DNA from: Amoebidium appalachense
Taxonomy: Eukaryota > Protista > Ichthyosporea
Assembly (NCBI GenBank): GCA_963693365.1
Contig: CAVNZM010000010.1
Location: forward strand, 3,656,159 to 3,720,158
DNA: 64,000 nucleotides
Reading direction: 5' to 3'
Positions 25,864 through 62,110 of this stretch are shown in pieces. The notes below the pieces were generated by a model, which worked only from the letters and a program-made list of their open reading frames with translations, did no database searches and had not been told where the DNA came from. Numbering within the stretch: position 1 is the first letter of the stretch; each line of letters opens with the position of its first letter. The position numbers and the translations under genes are program-made.

Positions 25864-25961
<98 letters not shown>

Positions 25962-26123
25962 TGTGTATGTGTTTGTATGTGTGGGTGTGGGTGTGCGTGC
26001 ACGTGCGCGTGTGTGTACGTGTGCGTCTGCATGCGCGCACGCATGCGTGTCCAACTGATATTATATTATATCATATTATCCCACATCAGTATAAAAATTT
26101 TAACAAAAAAATTGTCGTGTTTG

Positions 26124-48499
<22,376 letters not shown>

Positions 48500-48596
48500 C
48501 TGAAGGGGAGGGTGTGTGTAGGCCATTTATTAGAAGGTGGTGTCTGTGTATATAACACATTGTTTGATTGCATTTATATGGCCTTGAATAGTGATG

Positions 48597-48628
<32 letters not shown>

Positions 48629-50671
48629 GCGCATTTGATATGCAGACACGGGTCTAGTTGGAGACCTCAATCCGACGATTTCGGAACCTACCTGCACCCG
48701 TTTTTCTTCTTTTTTTAAAGGAGTTCTATGCCTAACTACTGTAAATTTTTTTCCACAGACAATACTACGACATTCACAATGCTACTGCTCTTTTGAATTA
48801 GTTTATCATTTAAATATCCCAAAACTGAAATCGTTCTGTTCTTCCCTGGGGCCGTTACTTTTTAATCCAAAGGATGGCGCCGGCGGTATGTAGAATTTCA
48901 GAAACGGAACTTGTTAATTTAAGACTAAAAACAAAATTTGAACTGCCAGGTTGCTGGGTATGAGAAACATACCCAATAGCTGTTGTAACATACTTGTGTG
49001 GCGTACACGACCTGTAAGCGGTAAACATAATTGACTCAGACCGAGAGCGTGAACCAGCCATGCATGTGAACGTATAAGAATTAATACTGAAGCTGTTTCA
49101 GTGCGAGATGAATTTATTATGGACCACTTGATTCATATATCATATGCATATGCGTGGGTTTGTGTGGATCTCCTTACCGCAAACACATCCTTGTGCATAA
49201 ATGGGCAAGGCATGAATTCACTCCCCATAAGAGCAAGAAAAGCCAATTGCAACTAAAACCATACATGCAGATCTACAGTGCGTGGCAATACATGCCTGGG
49301 CTTGGTTTGTCGTATGCCCCAGACGTTGTTGTTCGCCTGAAACCGTATCCATCCCTTGTGGCGTTTTATTGAGTCTTTCAATATTGTTGAAACTTTGAGC
49401 AGATTGGGAAAAAATGTTCTTGATCACTTGATTAATCAGATGTATTGAAGTCGCTTGATTTCGTATTCTCTTTTTGCATGCAGTTCGTGTTCATAGTGTT
49501 CATGACGTGCACGAGCCAGGCTGTTGTTATTATGTTATAGATCAGCGGCCGATAGCCATGAACCAATCGTAAAAGTCGAACGTTCGGTAAGCATTTTGTA
49601 TTCGCTTAGAGTCACATCTGGCTCTTACCGGTTTCCATTTGCTAAATAACAAAGCCAATTAAATCACAGAAACACAATGATTGGCTGAGATCTGAACACC
49701 GTTTTCTTCGAAGCGGTCCAAGCGTCCTGAACGGCGAACTATTAGGAGCCGTGCTGATGGTCGTTTTTCATGGATAGGTTAAAATAATATAGAAAAACAC
49801 CTGCGTACGTCTAAATGACAGACTTGTTTGTTTTGGCGTTACCATGTCAATTTTTGACGCCACCACATTATTCGAGCAAATTCCAGGAATCTGGAGGACA
49901 TTTGGTACTGGCAAGGCTGAGCACGTGCCCCTTGCGAAGGACTGTCATAAAGTTCACCTGTGCGTGTCTGCAACCGTCAAAAGTCTAAATACATTTATTT
50001 ACTTACAAATTATACTGTTTACACAGAAAACTTGGCGATACATGGCACCAAGTACCTTGCATCCTTCGCATGTGCACATGATCTCGAAGGATCTACATTT
50101 TGCGGTCAGATCTATCCAGGAATGTGACGTAAACCAGGGTTAGCTATTTTGCAAGGGCCAACCCCTGCCAATGAACTGACAACCGGCCCGGCTCGCCTGT
50201 GCTTCTATTGTAGACGCTGTTACGGAGTATGAAGAAAACGAAAACACACACAAAGGCCACATGCATGGTGTGATAGTAATCTTTGTGTTGTTTGATTTAA
50301 TAATTTCTTGGGTGGATTGGCCTGTGTGCGTGCCTTTGTACAAGTGAATGGCTGGGCTGCAGTACGCATTCCTCTGTACAATTTCAACCCCTGTTCCACC
50401 TGGACGTCAGGATGAGATCATACGGACATGTGGCACACGTGTACACACGGCAATTAGACTCTTCCAAGCACATATTGTCATGTTAGTACATTGGGACCAC
50501 CCAAATTGAAGTGCAGGCTGCAGCAACAACATATATCTCTGTTAAAGGCATATATGCATGCACATTCTGTTCGTTTGGCCAAGGGTGCATGCATGGCCAT
50601 GCTATGCAGTGTAGACCGTGACCTGTGAACATGTGCACACGGCAGTACGATCGATGACATGCGCACATGCA

Positions 50672-51394
50672 GGGGGGACGGGGGGTGGCAGCCACTGCTG
50701 CCTGTAGGGCCGGGACACAGATGGTGGGCACCTCTCGCGTGCGCACGACGGGGTCACGCAACTTGCCCGCGTCTTGCTTGATTTTCCGCAGCCGTAGAGT
50801 GATGCGGTGGCCTTGTGGGTGCGGGCCTTCAAAGACCACGTCTTCTGCGAGCAGTTCGGTGACCGTGGTCCACCGCAGGCCCCAGAGGTAGGCCAACAGG
50901 AGCACTCCCAGGCGCCGCTGTGTGTCGGCGGTGGTCTGCGGCTGGTGGGTGAGGATGAGGGACACCCATTCGGCATCGAACCGCCGCGGGTCGGCCAGCT
51001 TGTCGGGGTTACGCTGCATATGGGTGCGGGTGTACCCCTGGGTGAGGGCGGACATGACCGATGGGGGAGGGTATGGGAGCAGCCAAAGTTCGTGTACCTT
51101 GCGCAGGGCAGAGAGCTTGCCGACCACCGTGCCCGGCGCGTAATTTCGCACCATCAACTTGGCCACATACGCAGTGGCAACCGTGCCGGTGAGGGGCCAA
51201 GGGGCGAAGGCGGACTCTTGACAAAACTGAAGGTACAACCGAATTTCCATCTGGTAGCGCTCCCAGGTGGTGGCGGCAAGGTTGTTGCTGATCAAAACAT
51301 CCACATTTGCCCTGAGGGTCGGGGGCATAGATTGGACCACAGCTGCATTACACGCACCAAAGTCGCGGATGGGAGAAACATAAACATGCCTCAT
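50672..51394 (-). pseudogene. Tyrosine recombinase, truncated before the HxxR motif and catalytic Tyr
   Basis: N-terminal core-binding pattern LAATTWERY..IRLYLQFC...PWP.....AYVAKL....APGTV..KLSALRKVH, box I LLLAYLWGLR (catalytic Arg), and LRLRKIKQD (catalytic Lys, like the RSKTDQ motif of YR retroelements). The ORF then runs into unrelated host-like sequence at about 50671. Confidence 0.85.
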
Positions 51395-51654
51395 CGCCAC
51401 GGGGTTTACATCCACAGTGGGAGGGGTCCCCGCAGTTGGGCCCCCCACACCACCTTCTTGACCGGGCAAAATAATCACTCTTCAGGGGCACCGGGGGGCG
51501 GAGAAGTCGACCTTGGCGGCTCCGCAGGTGCTGGGGAGGGGGCAGGTGCAGAAACGACCGGGACAGTGTCCTCCGCCGCGATGGCGAAGTTCAAGGCCCA
51601 GAGGGGCGTTTTCCGCGGCGACCTAATAAACAACGAATGGAAGAACGTGGAAAC

Positions 51655-52513
51655 TCAAAACGGTAGAACAGTGTAAATCAAAGTAAACGATATTTTTGGG
51701 GAATATTGCTGCGCTATGGTACAGTGCCCACCGTACGCTGCTGGGAGAAGGAAGGCGACGGGACCTCTACTGGCGCGGAGCGCCGGTAGAGTGACTGCCA
51801 CTTGGTGCCGTCCTGTTGGGGTGGGGTAGCCTCCGCGGCTGCCCTCGTGCGTGTAGGGGCCCGCGGGCCCGCCCTCGCTAGCTTGCTTGTTGGCCGATGC
51901 ACGAACCAGCTCGGATTCGCGCTCCTTCTGTTTGGCGGGCGCAACAGCCTTGGACCATTTGGCGCCGTACTTGGGGTTGTACGTCTTCTCAATTTGGGCG
52001 CGGGCGACCTCTGCAACTGCGTGACCCTCCGCGCGCCGAATGTACAACAGCTGGAGTCTGTCACCGCCGTAACTGATGAGGTCGACGACGAGCTCGCGGA
52101 GCAGGGTAAGCTGACGGGCCGCAAAGGCGTCCGCCGACTCGTTGGCTAGCTTGGGTAGTGCAGCGACCAAATTGAGCGCCTGCACACCCGCGTTGACCAG
52201 CCCTATCCACTGTTCAGCCTCCTCCTTGATGGGCTTGGGGAGGTGTCCCCCAGGGAACAATCCGTCTGACGACAAGGGCCGTGGGCCAAATGGGAAACGC
52301 CCGTCAACCACAAAATGCTCGACGGCTTGCAGAGATGCGTGCGACTCCACGAACTCGCCGCGGGTGAGTCGTAGCACGTTTTGCTGCGGGTTCCAAGTTT
52401 GCCGAAGGCGCTCACACCGCTGCTCTGCTCTCCGACTCCCCCTTGTTGTTGTTCTCAGCCGGAAGGAGCCTGCGAACCTCGGCGCTATACAGGTTGAAGG
52501 CAGCGTTCTCCAT
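51655..52513 (-). pseudogene. ORF1 of the YR element, putative gag-like protein with an apparent frameshift
   Basis: ATG at 52513 gives MENAAFNLYSAEVRRLLPAENNNK, which joins the long helical ORF (GSRRAEQRCERLRQTW...) only if one G of the G5 run at 52438-52442 is removed. The gag assignment rests on position and size, not on a recognised motif. Confidence 0.5.
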
Positions 52514-52675
52514 GCTAGGCGAGGAATTAGGGTGACAAGTTCTGCCACCTACCGTAGCTTACTTAGATCTAAGTGTGCGAAGGGGACTGCAACCTAAACC
52601 GAGCTCTCGCCAAAAACGTCGCATGAAGTGGGTGCGACGTTGGGAAATGAGCTAATGACTAGTAAGAGTTCGCTC

Positions 52676-52683
52676 CTTATATA
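52676..52683 (-). promoter_or_regulatory. TATA box of the YR element
   Basis: TATATAAG on the minus strand about 165 bp upstream of the ORF1 ATG, with CCAAT motifs nearby (about 52698 and 52733). Confidence 0.5.
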
Positions 52684-53849
52684 CCAACGGAGCTCACCCA
52701 ATGGGCTATCATTGTTAGAAACACCATTTCAACCAATGATTGCCCTAGAATACACTCTAAATAGTGCTTGATGAATCAAGCTAAGTATTTACTTCACGGT
52801 GTCGCACAGTTAGCAAATGTACTATTACTGAGCGAATATCCGGATTGGCGGATATCCCGACGGTGATAGTACAAATAGATCTGAATAGATTCATGATTAC
52901 AATGCATTGTAGTCACGTAAACACGTGTATATGTACTTCGGCAGAGTCACTGTGGCCCGCGCGGCTATGTTTGTATGCATGACTCAGCTCAGCCAGTGAA
53001 GCCTCGAAGTCGTAAAAAAGCCTTTTGAAAATTGGCAGTGGGTTCGTGGGCACGATCGTCCACGTGACAATCCACCTAACCACGTCACTGGCAGCTGGCC
53101 ATGGTAATTACTCAGTAAGATGTTGTCGACACACTGAGCATCAATGATGCAGATGACTTCAAGGACCATGCATATAAGGGATTTTACCGAAACATTTGAC
53201 CTGAAGTTTTTTAAAAGTTTTTTCATGTTTTTTCGTGATTGCTTGAGCAGATCAAACTGTTTTGCTGGTATCTCAATGTACGTGTGCAGGGGGTATAACA
53301 CCACACTAACTGTGAAAACTTGGTGCATTTTGGTTGAACGGTTCCCAAGTTATTACATTTTTAATTTTTTGAAACGTGCATAACGTTATGCTCAAACCTG
53401 CATAACGCTATACAATCTGACTTAGTAAATGTAAATTTGCCTCAAAAATTTCGTTAAAGTGCCTTATATGAGTGATTACCTACCGTATGATAGTTGGATA
53501 CGAAGATACTGAGGCCCTTGAAGCGTCGGACTGTATAAGACTGGGGGAGGTCAGACTCTCCTTTGCAGATATTAATGCACTTACTAAAGCTATCTATGCT
53601 CAATACTAATAATAGCTACCCTCCCAACCCCCCCCCCCCCCCCCCCCCCTCCCCCCTCCCCCTCCCACACACACACACACACACGCACGCACACACCATC
53701 CGCACCCGGCCACCCCACCCACCCACCCACCATCACCACCACCACCACCACCACCACCACCACCACGCAGCGTGACCGCCGTGAAGGCCCCCACCACGCC
53801 CACAACCACACCTCACCTCTCACCTTGCCTTGGTCAGCAATCAGTCAAT

Positions 53850-53886
<37 letters not shown>

Positions 53887-54164
53887 CACCCCCCCACCCA
53901 CCCCCCCCACCCACCCACCCACCCAACTCCACCCGGGGCCCCCTTCCCCACACCTGAGGCCCCAGTCAAATAATGTGATTATGGGGATAGATGTAACAGT
54001 TGCCTGCTCCTCATGCAATTTGAGCTCAGCTCGCCCCTGGGCCAGCGACTCTCAATTCAATTCAGTCAACTCAAAACAGATGATGGCCATGGCATGAGAG
54101 TAAATGTTGATCGTCGAACTGCATGGTCGACGTCCAGGCTTCCCTGATAATCATCGCAGAATCT

Positions 54165-54388
54165 AATTTTTTTTTTTAAAAAATAAAAAATAAAAAAATT
54201 ACCCTATCCCGTTTTGCTCCCGGAGGGACCCCTTGGGGCCCTCATGAAGAACTACGGTCTAGCTCCACCCAGCACCTACAGTACTCTAGCTAGGGTGCTA
54301 TAGTTGTTAGCTAGCTAACACCCCTTAACAATCCTAACTATTTGTACACACTTAGCCCATGGTATTTACCCCAGCCACGCCGGTGAGT
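54165..54388 (-). mobile_element. Second, shorter copy of the A-tailed retroelement 3' end
   Basis: Perfect 12-bp direct repeat ATCGCAGAATCT at 54153-54164 and 54389-54400, poly(T) on + at the left edge, and homology to 7739-7903. Confidence 0.75.
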
Positions 54389-55441
54389 ATCGCAGAATCT
54401 GAAAGGCTTGCCTCTTTTCTCTCTTGACTTCTTCCGTTTAAGGTGCCTTAATATCAAAAAACTTTTCCCTTTCCTCTCGTTTCTTGCCTTTTTCCTTCTC
54501 TTTTACGGTTTCTTTTTCTTTCCTTTCTTACGTTTTCCTTTTCCCCCTTTTCCCCTTTCTTCTTCTTCTTCTTCTTCTTCTTCTTTTTTTTTTTTTTTTT
54601 TTTGGGGGGGGGGGGGGGGGGGGAGAAGGGACCACAGGGGGGGGGGGGGGGGGGGGGGTTGGCATCTGCCTTACAAGGTCATATAATGCTTACAGTAGTA
54701 GTATATGATGCATGTGTTTGCAGTTCTCTTCATCGACTGCAACATGCAAAATTTCGCATGAATATATCGGATTCGCCACACAGTAGCTTGTTTCCTCAGT
54801 AATAGAGTTTAAATAGTGCACGTTCATGAATGTCATGTCTCTACTAACTGTAGCAGTGGGTGATACCTTCCTACATATTATCCGTCAAACCATGGTTATA
54901 TATGTATGGTTACAACGGGTCGGCAAAACACAAACTCTGTTCATAAAGAAGGTTTCCGGTGTCAGGTACGCATATGTTATCTGATTCATGATAAGTGTAT
55001 GGAGTCTAACTTGCACATTATCAGAAATCGCGGCATATCGGCCCCACGTACCGTGACATAATAATGCCTTAAGCCCTTGAAGAGTTTTGCACGATTATGA
55101 CAATAATCGCTCAATGCAGAAACATTCCACTGTAACAATAGTGTTACATCAGACAACACAGCTTATTATCCATGAACTTGAAAAGGTAGAAGCAGCAATT
55201 AAGTAATTTCTTCGAATCTGGTGTTCTCTCATGCTCGATGATTACGTTTGACACGGAACACTATAGCTATTGGGGACTATATTATGACAGTGCTCGGCCG
55301 ATTTTTCTTTCCTCTTAAGAAAAATATGAAATGATATGTTGTGTGTTTCAGAAGCCTGGTGTGTGTGTGTGTGCGTATGTGTGTGAGTGTGTGTGTGTGT
55401 GTGTGTGAGTGTGTTTATGTGTGTGCGTGCCAGTGTGTGTT

Positions 55442-55474
<33 letters not shown>

Positions 55475-55781
55475 ATGTGTGTAGTATACGTACGATGTTC
55501 ACAATCCATCTATATAACATGCGCAGATGCGCACGATGTTATAGGTACGCGCAATGATAACAGAGAAACGCATGGCATCATGGATGTTATAAAAAAAGGC
55601 TTACAATATAACATATCACCATCACACTAACCGTGGCACTTCTACAGCATCGAACGGATACTACAACAGAACTACTTGAACTTGTAACTGATGCCATATT
55701 CAAGAGGTTTTAACAACACATACACATGCACAATTTCATACAAAAACCCCACCAACCCACACCTTGTTTCGTTACAGGATA

Positions 55782-56838
55782 TCAGGAAATCACCGCGACG
55801 TTCTTGCGTGGTTGGAAGGGTTTGTCGCTCTGTATTCTCTTGATGTCTATCTCATACTGAGAGTTGTACGCCTCCTCAGACTTCATTGTCAGTGCCTGCA
55901 GGGGGAAGATATCCAAGGGTTAAACGGTGAATTTACAAGCAAAGTCGATGAGGTAAGATGTGAAATTGTAAAGACTATCCATTGGTATGCTATAGCTTTC
56001 ACGTACTTTCATTCAACAACAAGTATCCCAGAATAACCGTTAAATGTATATCTACAACTTCAGTAGTAAGGAAGTACACTGTACCCGAACTATTATCGAG
56101 GTTCTAATGATGGCCACATCTCAACCCATGACAGACACAAGAATATAAATTCTTTTGCACTTACGGTAAGGTGGGAGGGGTGGGGAAGAAAGGGGGAAAT
56201 GTGAGCACGTGTGCGCAAGCATGGTGGTGGGGGTTAAGATGGGGAGGGGGGTAACGGGGGAGAAATAGGGGGGGGGGCAAGGGGATGGCAGAGGAGAGAA
56301 TAGGTAGAGAGCGAGGTTGAGGGAGGGAGGGAGAGAAAGAAAAAGGAGAGAGGGTGTGCGTGTGTTTGTGTGCGCCCACGCGCCCGCGCCCGAGTGTGTG
56401 TGTGCGTGTGCGAATGTTTTTGGGTTGCTATGGAAGGGAAGGGGAAGGAGGGGGGTTGGGTGGGTGTGGTTGGGGGCGAGGGTGGGGGTTGGGGGGGGGG
56501 GGGGGGGGGGGGGGGGGAGAATAAATGAGGGTAAGGGGCTTGCGGCAAGGAGGCAGCGAAGAGGAGGGAGGAGAAGCGGGGAGGAGGCAGAACGTTAGCA
56601 TGTTTTACGTAGTACTAAGTGCATGTCCACGATGGGCAACACAATGCATAACTTGTAAAGCACACGGAAGAGTATGCAATGAGACTGCCAGGGGAGGGGG
56701 GGGGGAGGGGGCTGCTGGGATTCCAACAGAATACGAAGTGCGCCAGGGCGACGAACAACGTAATACACATCTTTCAGGGGTGAGAAGGGGAAGAGGGGGG
56801 GAGGGGGGGGCTCCAAACATGCACACACACACGCACAT

Positions 56839-56906
<68 letters not shown>

Positions 56907-58644
56907 CAAGTTTCTTTGCGCGCTTGAGATCAAGGGGAAGTAGGTTGTAGATTCTCTCCCTGTCCGGTGCAAACTCCCTCAGGTCAAAGTAGTACTTGGC
57001 ATAGACGGCGGCAGTCACCCCTACGTGGTAGCTCATGTGCTCAAGGAACTCAGCTTCAAGTTGGTTGCTGCGCAGGGAGGGGGGGGGGGGGGGGGGGGGG
57101 GAGGGAGGGGGGGAGAGGGGAGGGGGAGGGTTGAGGGGAGTGGAAAAAAATAATGGGAAAGGGAGAGGGTAGGAGGGGAGGGAGGGAGGGCAAAAGGGGG
57201 GAACGGGGGCCCCGGGGGGGGGAGAGGGGGGGGGGAGGGGGGAGGGAGGGAGGGGAGGCGGAGAGAGATTGATGAGGGGGATGGCGGGGGGGAAGGGGGT
57301 AGAATGCGGGTCGCTGCGGGGGTTTGGATTAATGGGAGAGGGGAAGGCCGAGGGGGTGGGGGGGAGAGGAGGGGAGGGGGCAGGGGGAGGAGGGGTGGGG
57401 GGGAGTGTGTGGGGGGGAGTTAGAACGTGTTGCAGGGTATGAGGGGTACATCGATGCAGATACGAAAGAGAACACACTTAACACGAATGCATGCAACACA
57501 TACTTAGAACCATGCTTACTTGGGGTGGATGATAGAATGATGAAGGGAAGGGGGAAGAGGGAAGAGGGAAGAGGGAGGAGGGGCCTGGAAGAGGGGGGGG
57601 GGGGGGGGGGAGGGAGAGAAGGCAAGAGGAAAGCAACAGGACCAAAGGGAAGGGGAAAGACACGTATGTATAATGTGTGTGTGCGTGTATGTGCGTGTGT
57701 GTGTTGGGGGGGGGGAGGGGAGGGGGAGGAAGGGGGGTTAGAAGGATGGACGAAAAGGCATGAATGTGGGGAATGGTGAAAAGGGGGGGGAGGGGGGGGG
57801 GGGATGAAGGAACACGAATGAGCCGGTGGAATATTGCTTGGGTAGCGAGGCAAACAGGGCCGGGGGGGGGGGGGGGGGGGGGGGGGGAGGGGATGCCATA
57901 CACAAGATCCGAAATGTAAGACATAAAAAAAAAACACGGCCATTCACAAACAATCACCTTAATAATATCAAAGTTTACAATAAAAGCCGCTGAGCCCATT
58001 GGCAAACATTGCAGCCGAGAAGGGGGAGGGGGGAGGGGGGAGGGGGGGAGATGGTGAATTAGGGGAGAGGGGTTCTTATTGTGTTACAGGGTACTAAGTA
58101 TACATTCATGACCGACAACCCATTCTGAGGGGTGGGGGGGGGGGAGGGTGGTGGTGGTGGTGGTGGTGGTGGTGGTGGTGGGGGGAGGGGGGGGGGGGGG
58201 GGGGGTGGAAGCTGTTGAAGGGGATTAGGGGGTTGGAAGATATTGCACGTGTGCAGGGGGGGGGGGGGGGGGGGGGGGGAGAGAGAGAGAGGGAGGGGGG
58301 GGGGGGGGAGGGAGGGGGGGAAGGAGTTGTGTGTGTGTGTGGGAGGGAAGGGGGGGGGGGATGAGTTGTGGTTGGGGGGTAAATATTAAGACACATACAT
58401 GCTGCGCGTAGTGACGGAGGGGAATATGGAGCAGAAATCGACGTTCCACACCGCCTGGTCATCCCACACCTTGGAGGCCAAAAGGGCGCCACCGAGCACA
58501 ACCCTCTTCCACGTCAAGGCCTGAAGGGCAATGTCCCCCCTCGCAACGATGCGCTCTACGTAGATCATCGTGATGATTACGTTCTCGGCCATAAGCTGTG
58601 TGTACGTGTGTGTGTGACGTGTGTATGTGTGTGCGTGTGTTTGC

Positions 58645-58675
<31 letters not shown>

Positions 58676-59044
58676 GGGAAGGGGGGGGGGAAGGAGGGAA
58701 GGGGGGGGGGGGGGGGGGGGGGGGATGGGGGTGGTTTGTGTGGGTATGGGTGTGGGTGGATGAGTACGTGTGGGTGGGTGGGTGGATGGGTGGGTGTGTT
58801 GTGTGGGTGGGTGTATGTGTGTGTGTGTGTATGTATGTGTGAGTGTATGTGTATGGGTGTAGGTGGGTGGGTGGGTGCATATGTGTGGGGGGGGTGTAGG
58901 CATGTATGGATGGGTGTGGGTGGGGTGCATGTGTGGGTGGGTGCATATCTGGGTTTGTGTCGGTGTGCATGTGTTGATGTATGTGTGTGGATGTCAGTGA
59001 GTGGTTGTACGTGTGTGTGTGAGTGTGTGTGTGTACGTGAATGT

Positions 59045-59078
<34 letters not shown>

Positions 59079-59200
59079 TGGGTGTCCATGTGCGGATGTT
59101 CGAGTGTGTACGGGTATACGGCAAGGGGGTGTTTGTTCGTGTGTTTGTGTACGGGCATGTGGACTAGCACACGTGCATGCGGTTGAAAAAGGATTGCAGG

Positions 59201-59268
<68 letters not shown>

Positions 59269-61422
59269 GGTGGATGGGTGACCCAGGGGACAGAGCGAGG
59301 CAGCAGGGCGGTTTTCAATCCATTAGAACACGGGTGGGGGGGGGACGGGGGGGGTGGACGTTCCTGGTCAAGTGAAATATGTTACCCCAAGACTTCTTGC
59401 ACACATCATGCATTTCCGTAGTTACACATATATCATATACATTTACATCATCCATAGATCATACACATACACATCATATAACTATACATCACACATACAT
59501 AACACAGCCTATGTGGCACCATATACATTGCACCACATACGTTTACACATACACCATATACATTGCACCACATACGTTTACATATACACCATATACGTCG
59601 CACCACATACATTTACATATACACCATATACGTCGCATCACATACATTTACATATACACCATATACATCGCACCACATACATTTACATATACACCATATA
59701 CATTGCACCACATACATTTACATATACACCATATACATTGCACCACATACTTTTACATACACACCATATACATATGCATCATGCACACATTACACCACAC
59801 ACATATGCTTCAGGCGCAAATTGGATGCAACTCTTTGGAAGGTGGACTGACGGAGACACAGAGCAATCCCCCCCTCCCCCTCCCCCCCCCCTCCCCTCCA
59901 ACCCACTTCGTCCTTCTACACACACATGCTCACCGATCCAACCATCCACATAAACAACATTGCAAAAACACACATATAGCATGATATGCATAATGAGAAG
60001 AACCCATTCTCAGGCAGAGACCCAAGTCATCCACACAGGGTGGGAGTGGGGAGGGGGGGGGGGGGGTTTGAATGCGGAACACAGTACGAAGTACGCATAG
60101 ACGATGAGAAGCATGGTGCAGGACACATGCAAAGGCAAACATTCAAGTATGCAGCATCAGCCATGCGCACAGTATGCGTCATAAGCAGAGCCCATCCTCA
60201 GGGAGGGCCCAAGTCATCAATTGCGTCTGAGTTTCGACCCCTTAGCCCGCGTATATACGACGCTCCAACTCAGACAGCAGCATCAACTGAACTTGGGTGG
60301 GTCAACCCGTCTTGATCAAAGACGAGCAGGGTTGCTTATGCAAGCAAGGTGAGCAAAACGGTGAAGATGTGTGTGCAAACTAATGCAGTGCAGCGACAAA
60401 CGCGTATGTGCTTACAGATGCACGACACAGAGCAACCATGCCCGGTTGCATGGAAGTAAAGATGTGGGGAAGGGGCTGGAGAAGAGGGAAAAGGGGGGGG
60501 GAGGGGGGAGGGGGGGTGGAGGACTCACGAGTGTGTTCTTGAAGATGGAGCACAGAAAGTTGAACACGTCCATCTCCGTGGGTGGGGCAGAGTCGTAGTT
60601 TTGCGGCAGCGCCTGGAACTGGTGGGGAATGCAAGGTATCAGCATTGTCAGGGTGAACGCTGAGTTATGTATTTTTTTTTGTCGTGCATGTTCGTGGAGA
60701 GGGGAGGGGGAAGGGGGGAGGGGGGGGGGGGGGAGGGGGCAGGGGGGAGGGGGCTTGAATGCACCATAAAGTAGAAAGTACACATAAACAACGGACAACA
60801 CAAATTCAGAGTGCCAACCATACCTAGAGAGCATGCATAATGGGGGGGGGGGGGGCAGCGGTGGGGGGGGGGGGGGAGGGGGGGGTTTTGAATGCGGAAC
60901 ACAGTACGAAGTACGCATACACGATGAGAAGCATGGTGCAGGACACATGCAAAGGCAAACATTCAAGTATGCAGCATCAGCCATGCGCACAGTATGCGTC
61001 ATAAGCAGAGCCCATCCTCAGGGAGGGCCCAAGTCATCAATTGCGTCTGAGTTTCGACCCCTTAGCCCGCGTATATACGACGCTCCAACTCAGACAGCAG
61101 CATCAACTGAACTTGGGTGGGTCAACCCGTCTTGATCAAAGACGAGCAGGGTTGCTTATGCAAGCAAGGTGAGCAAAACGGTGAAGATGTATGTGCAAAC
61201 TAATGCAGTGCAGCGACAAACGGGAGGGGGGGGGGGGGGGGAGAAGGGGGAGGGAGGAAGGCGGAAGGGGAGAGGGGGAGATGGTATCGTGATGTGTGTG
61301 TGTGTGGTATGCGTGAGTGTGTGTGTGGTATGTGTGCATGTGTGTGATTTTGTGCGTGCGTGGATGTGTTTGTGCTTGTGTTCGTTTATTTGTGTTTGTG
61401 TGTGCTTGTGTGTGCTTGTGTG

Positions 61423-61490
<68 letters not shown>

Positions 61491-62061
61491 CTTGCATACG
61501 CTCGTGCGAACGAGTGTATGTGCACACACGTGTGGCTGCAGAGACAGACGTGGCGCTGAGGAGATATATGCCGATTTATTACGCAAACAGCAGCCGTGGG
61601 TAGGGTTTGGGCGTGCCAAAAGTGTGAAAGGTGATATCTATGACATGAGTTGCCAAAGACCATCACCTCCCCCCCCCCCCCCCGGCCCCCCCCCTCTCCC
61701 TTCCCCAATCTCCTCCCCACTCCCCCATATACGCCAAAAACGTTTGCTCACACATTCTGCAGCCAAAGGTTACTGACTGTATTCTTCTCCTCTTAAACAA
61801 CCCATCACCTTTTCCGTGTAGATAACCCCCCCCCCCCCCCCCCCCCCACACACACACACCCCAACAAATACACACCCCTTACTCCCCCCTCCCCTCCCCC
61901 ACCACACAACCCCCCCCCCCCCCCCCCCCGGTTAGGAACACCATGAATCCTGTCCCCCCTCCCTCCCCAGCTTAAAAAACACAAAAAAAAACCACCACCA
62001 TCACCACCACCGCTCTTATTCCCTCTCCCTGCCGGCCCTTCCTTCCTAACCCCTCCCTCCA

Positions 62062-62110
<49 letters not shown>

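Larger units (their letters stand above)
50672..52700 (-). mobile_element. Decayed tyrosine-recombinase mobile element (DIRS/Ngaro/VIPER-like or Crypton-like), 3'-truncated
   Basis: GC-rich island free of microsatellites, containing a TATA box, a gag-sized ORF and a YR ORF. Terminal repeats were not identified and the boundaries are approximate. Confidence 0.75.

Noticed and set aside
50807-51676. 289-aa plus-strand ORF
   Set aside because: It is the antisense shadow of the GC-rich YR coding region, with no recognisable motifs.
59517-59773. 35-bp periodic array resembling CRISPR
   Set aside because: The units are contiguous with no unique spacers, it lies in a eukaryotic intron, and there are no cas genes. 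It is a minisatellite.
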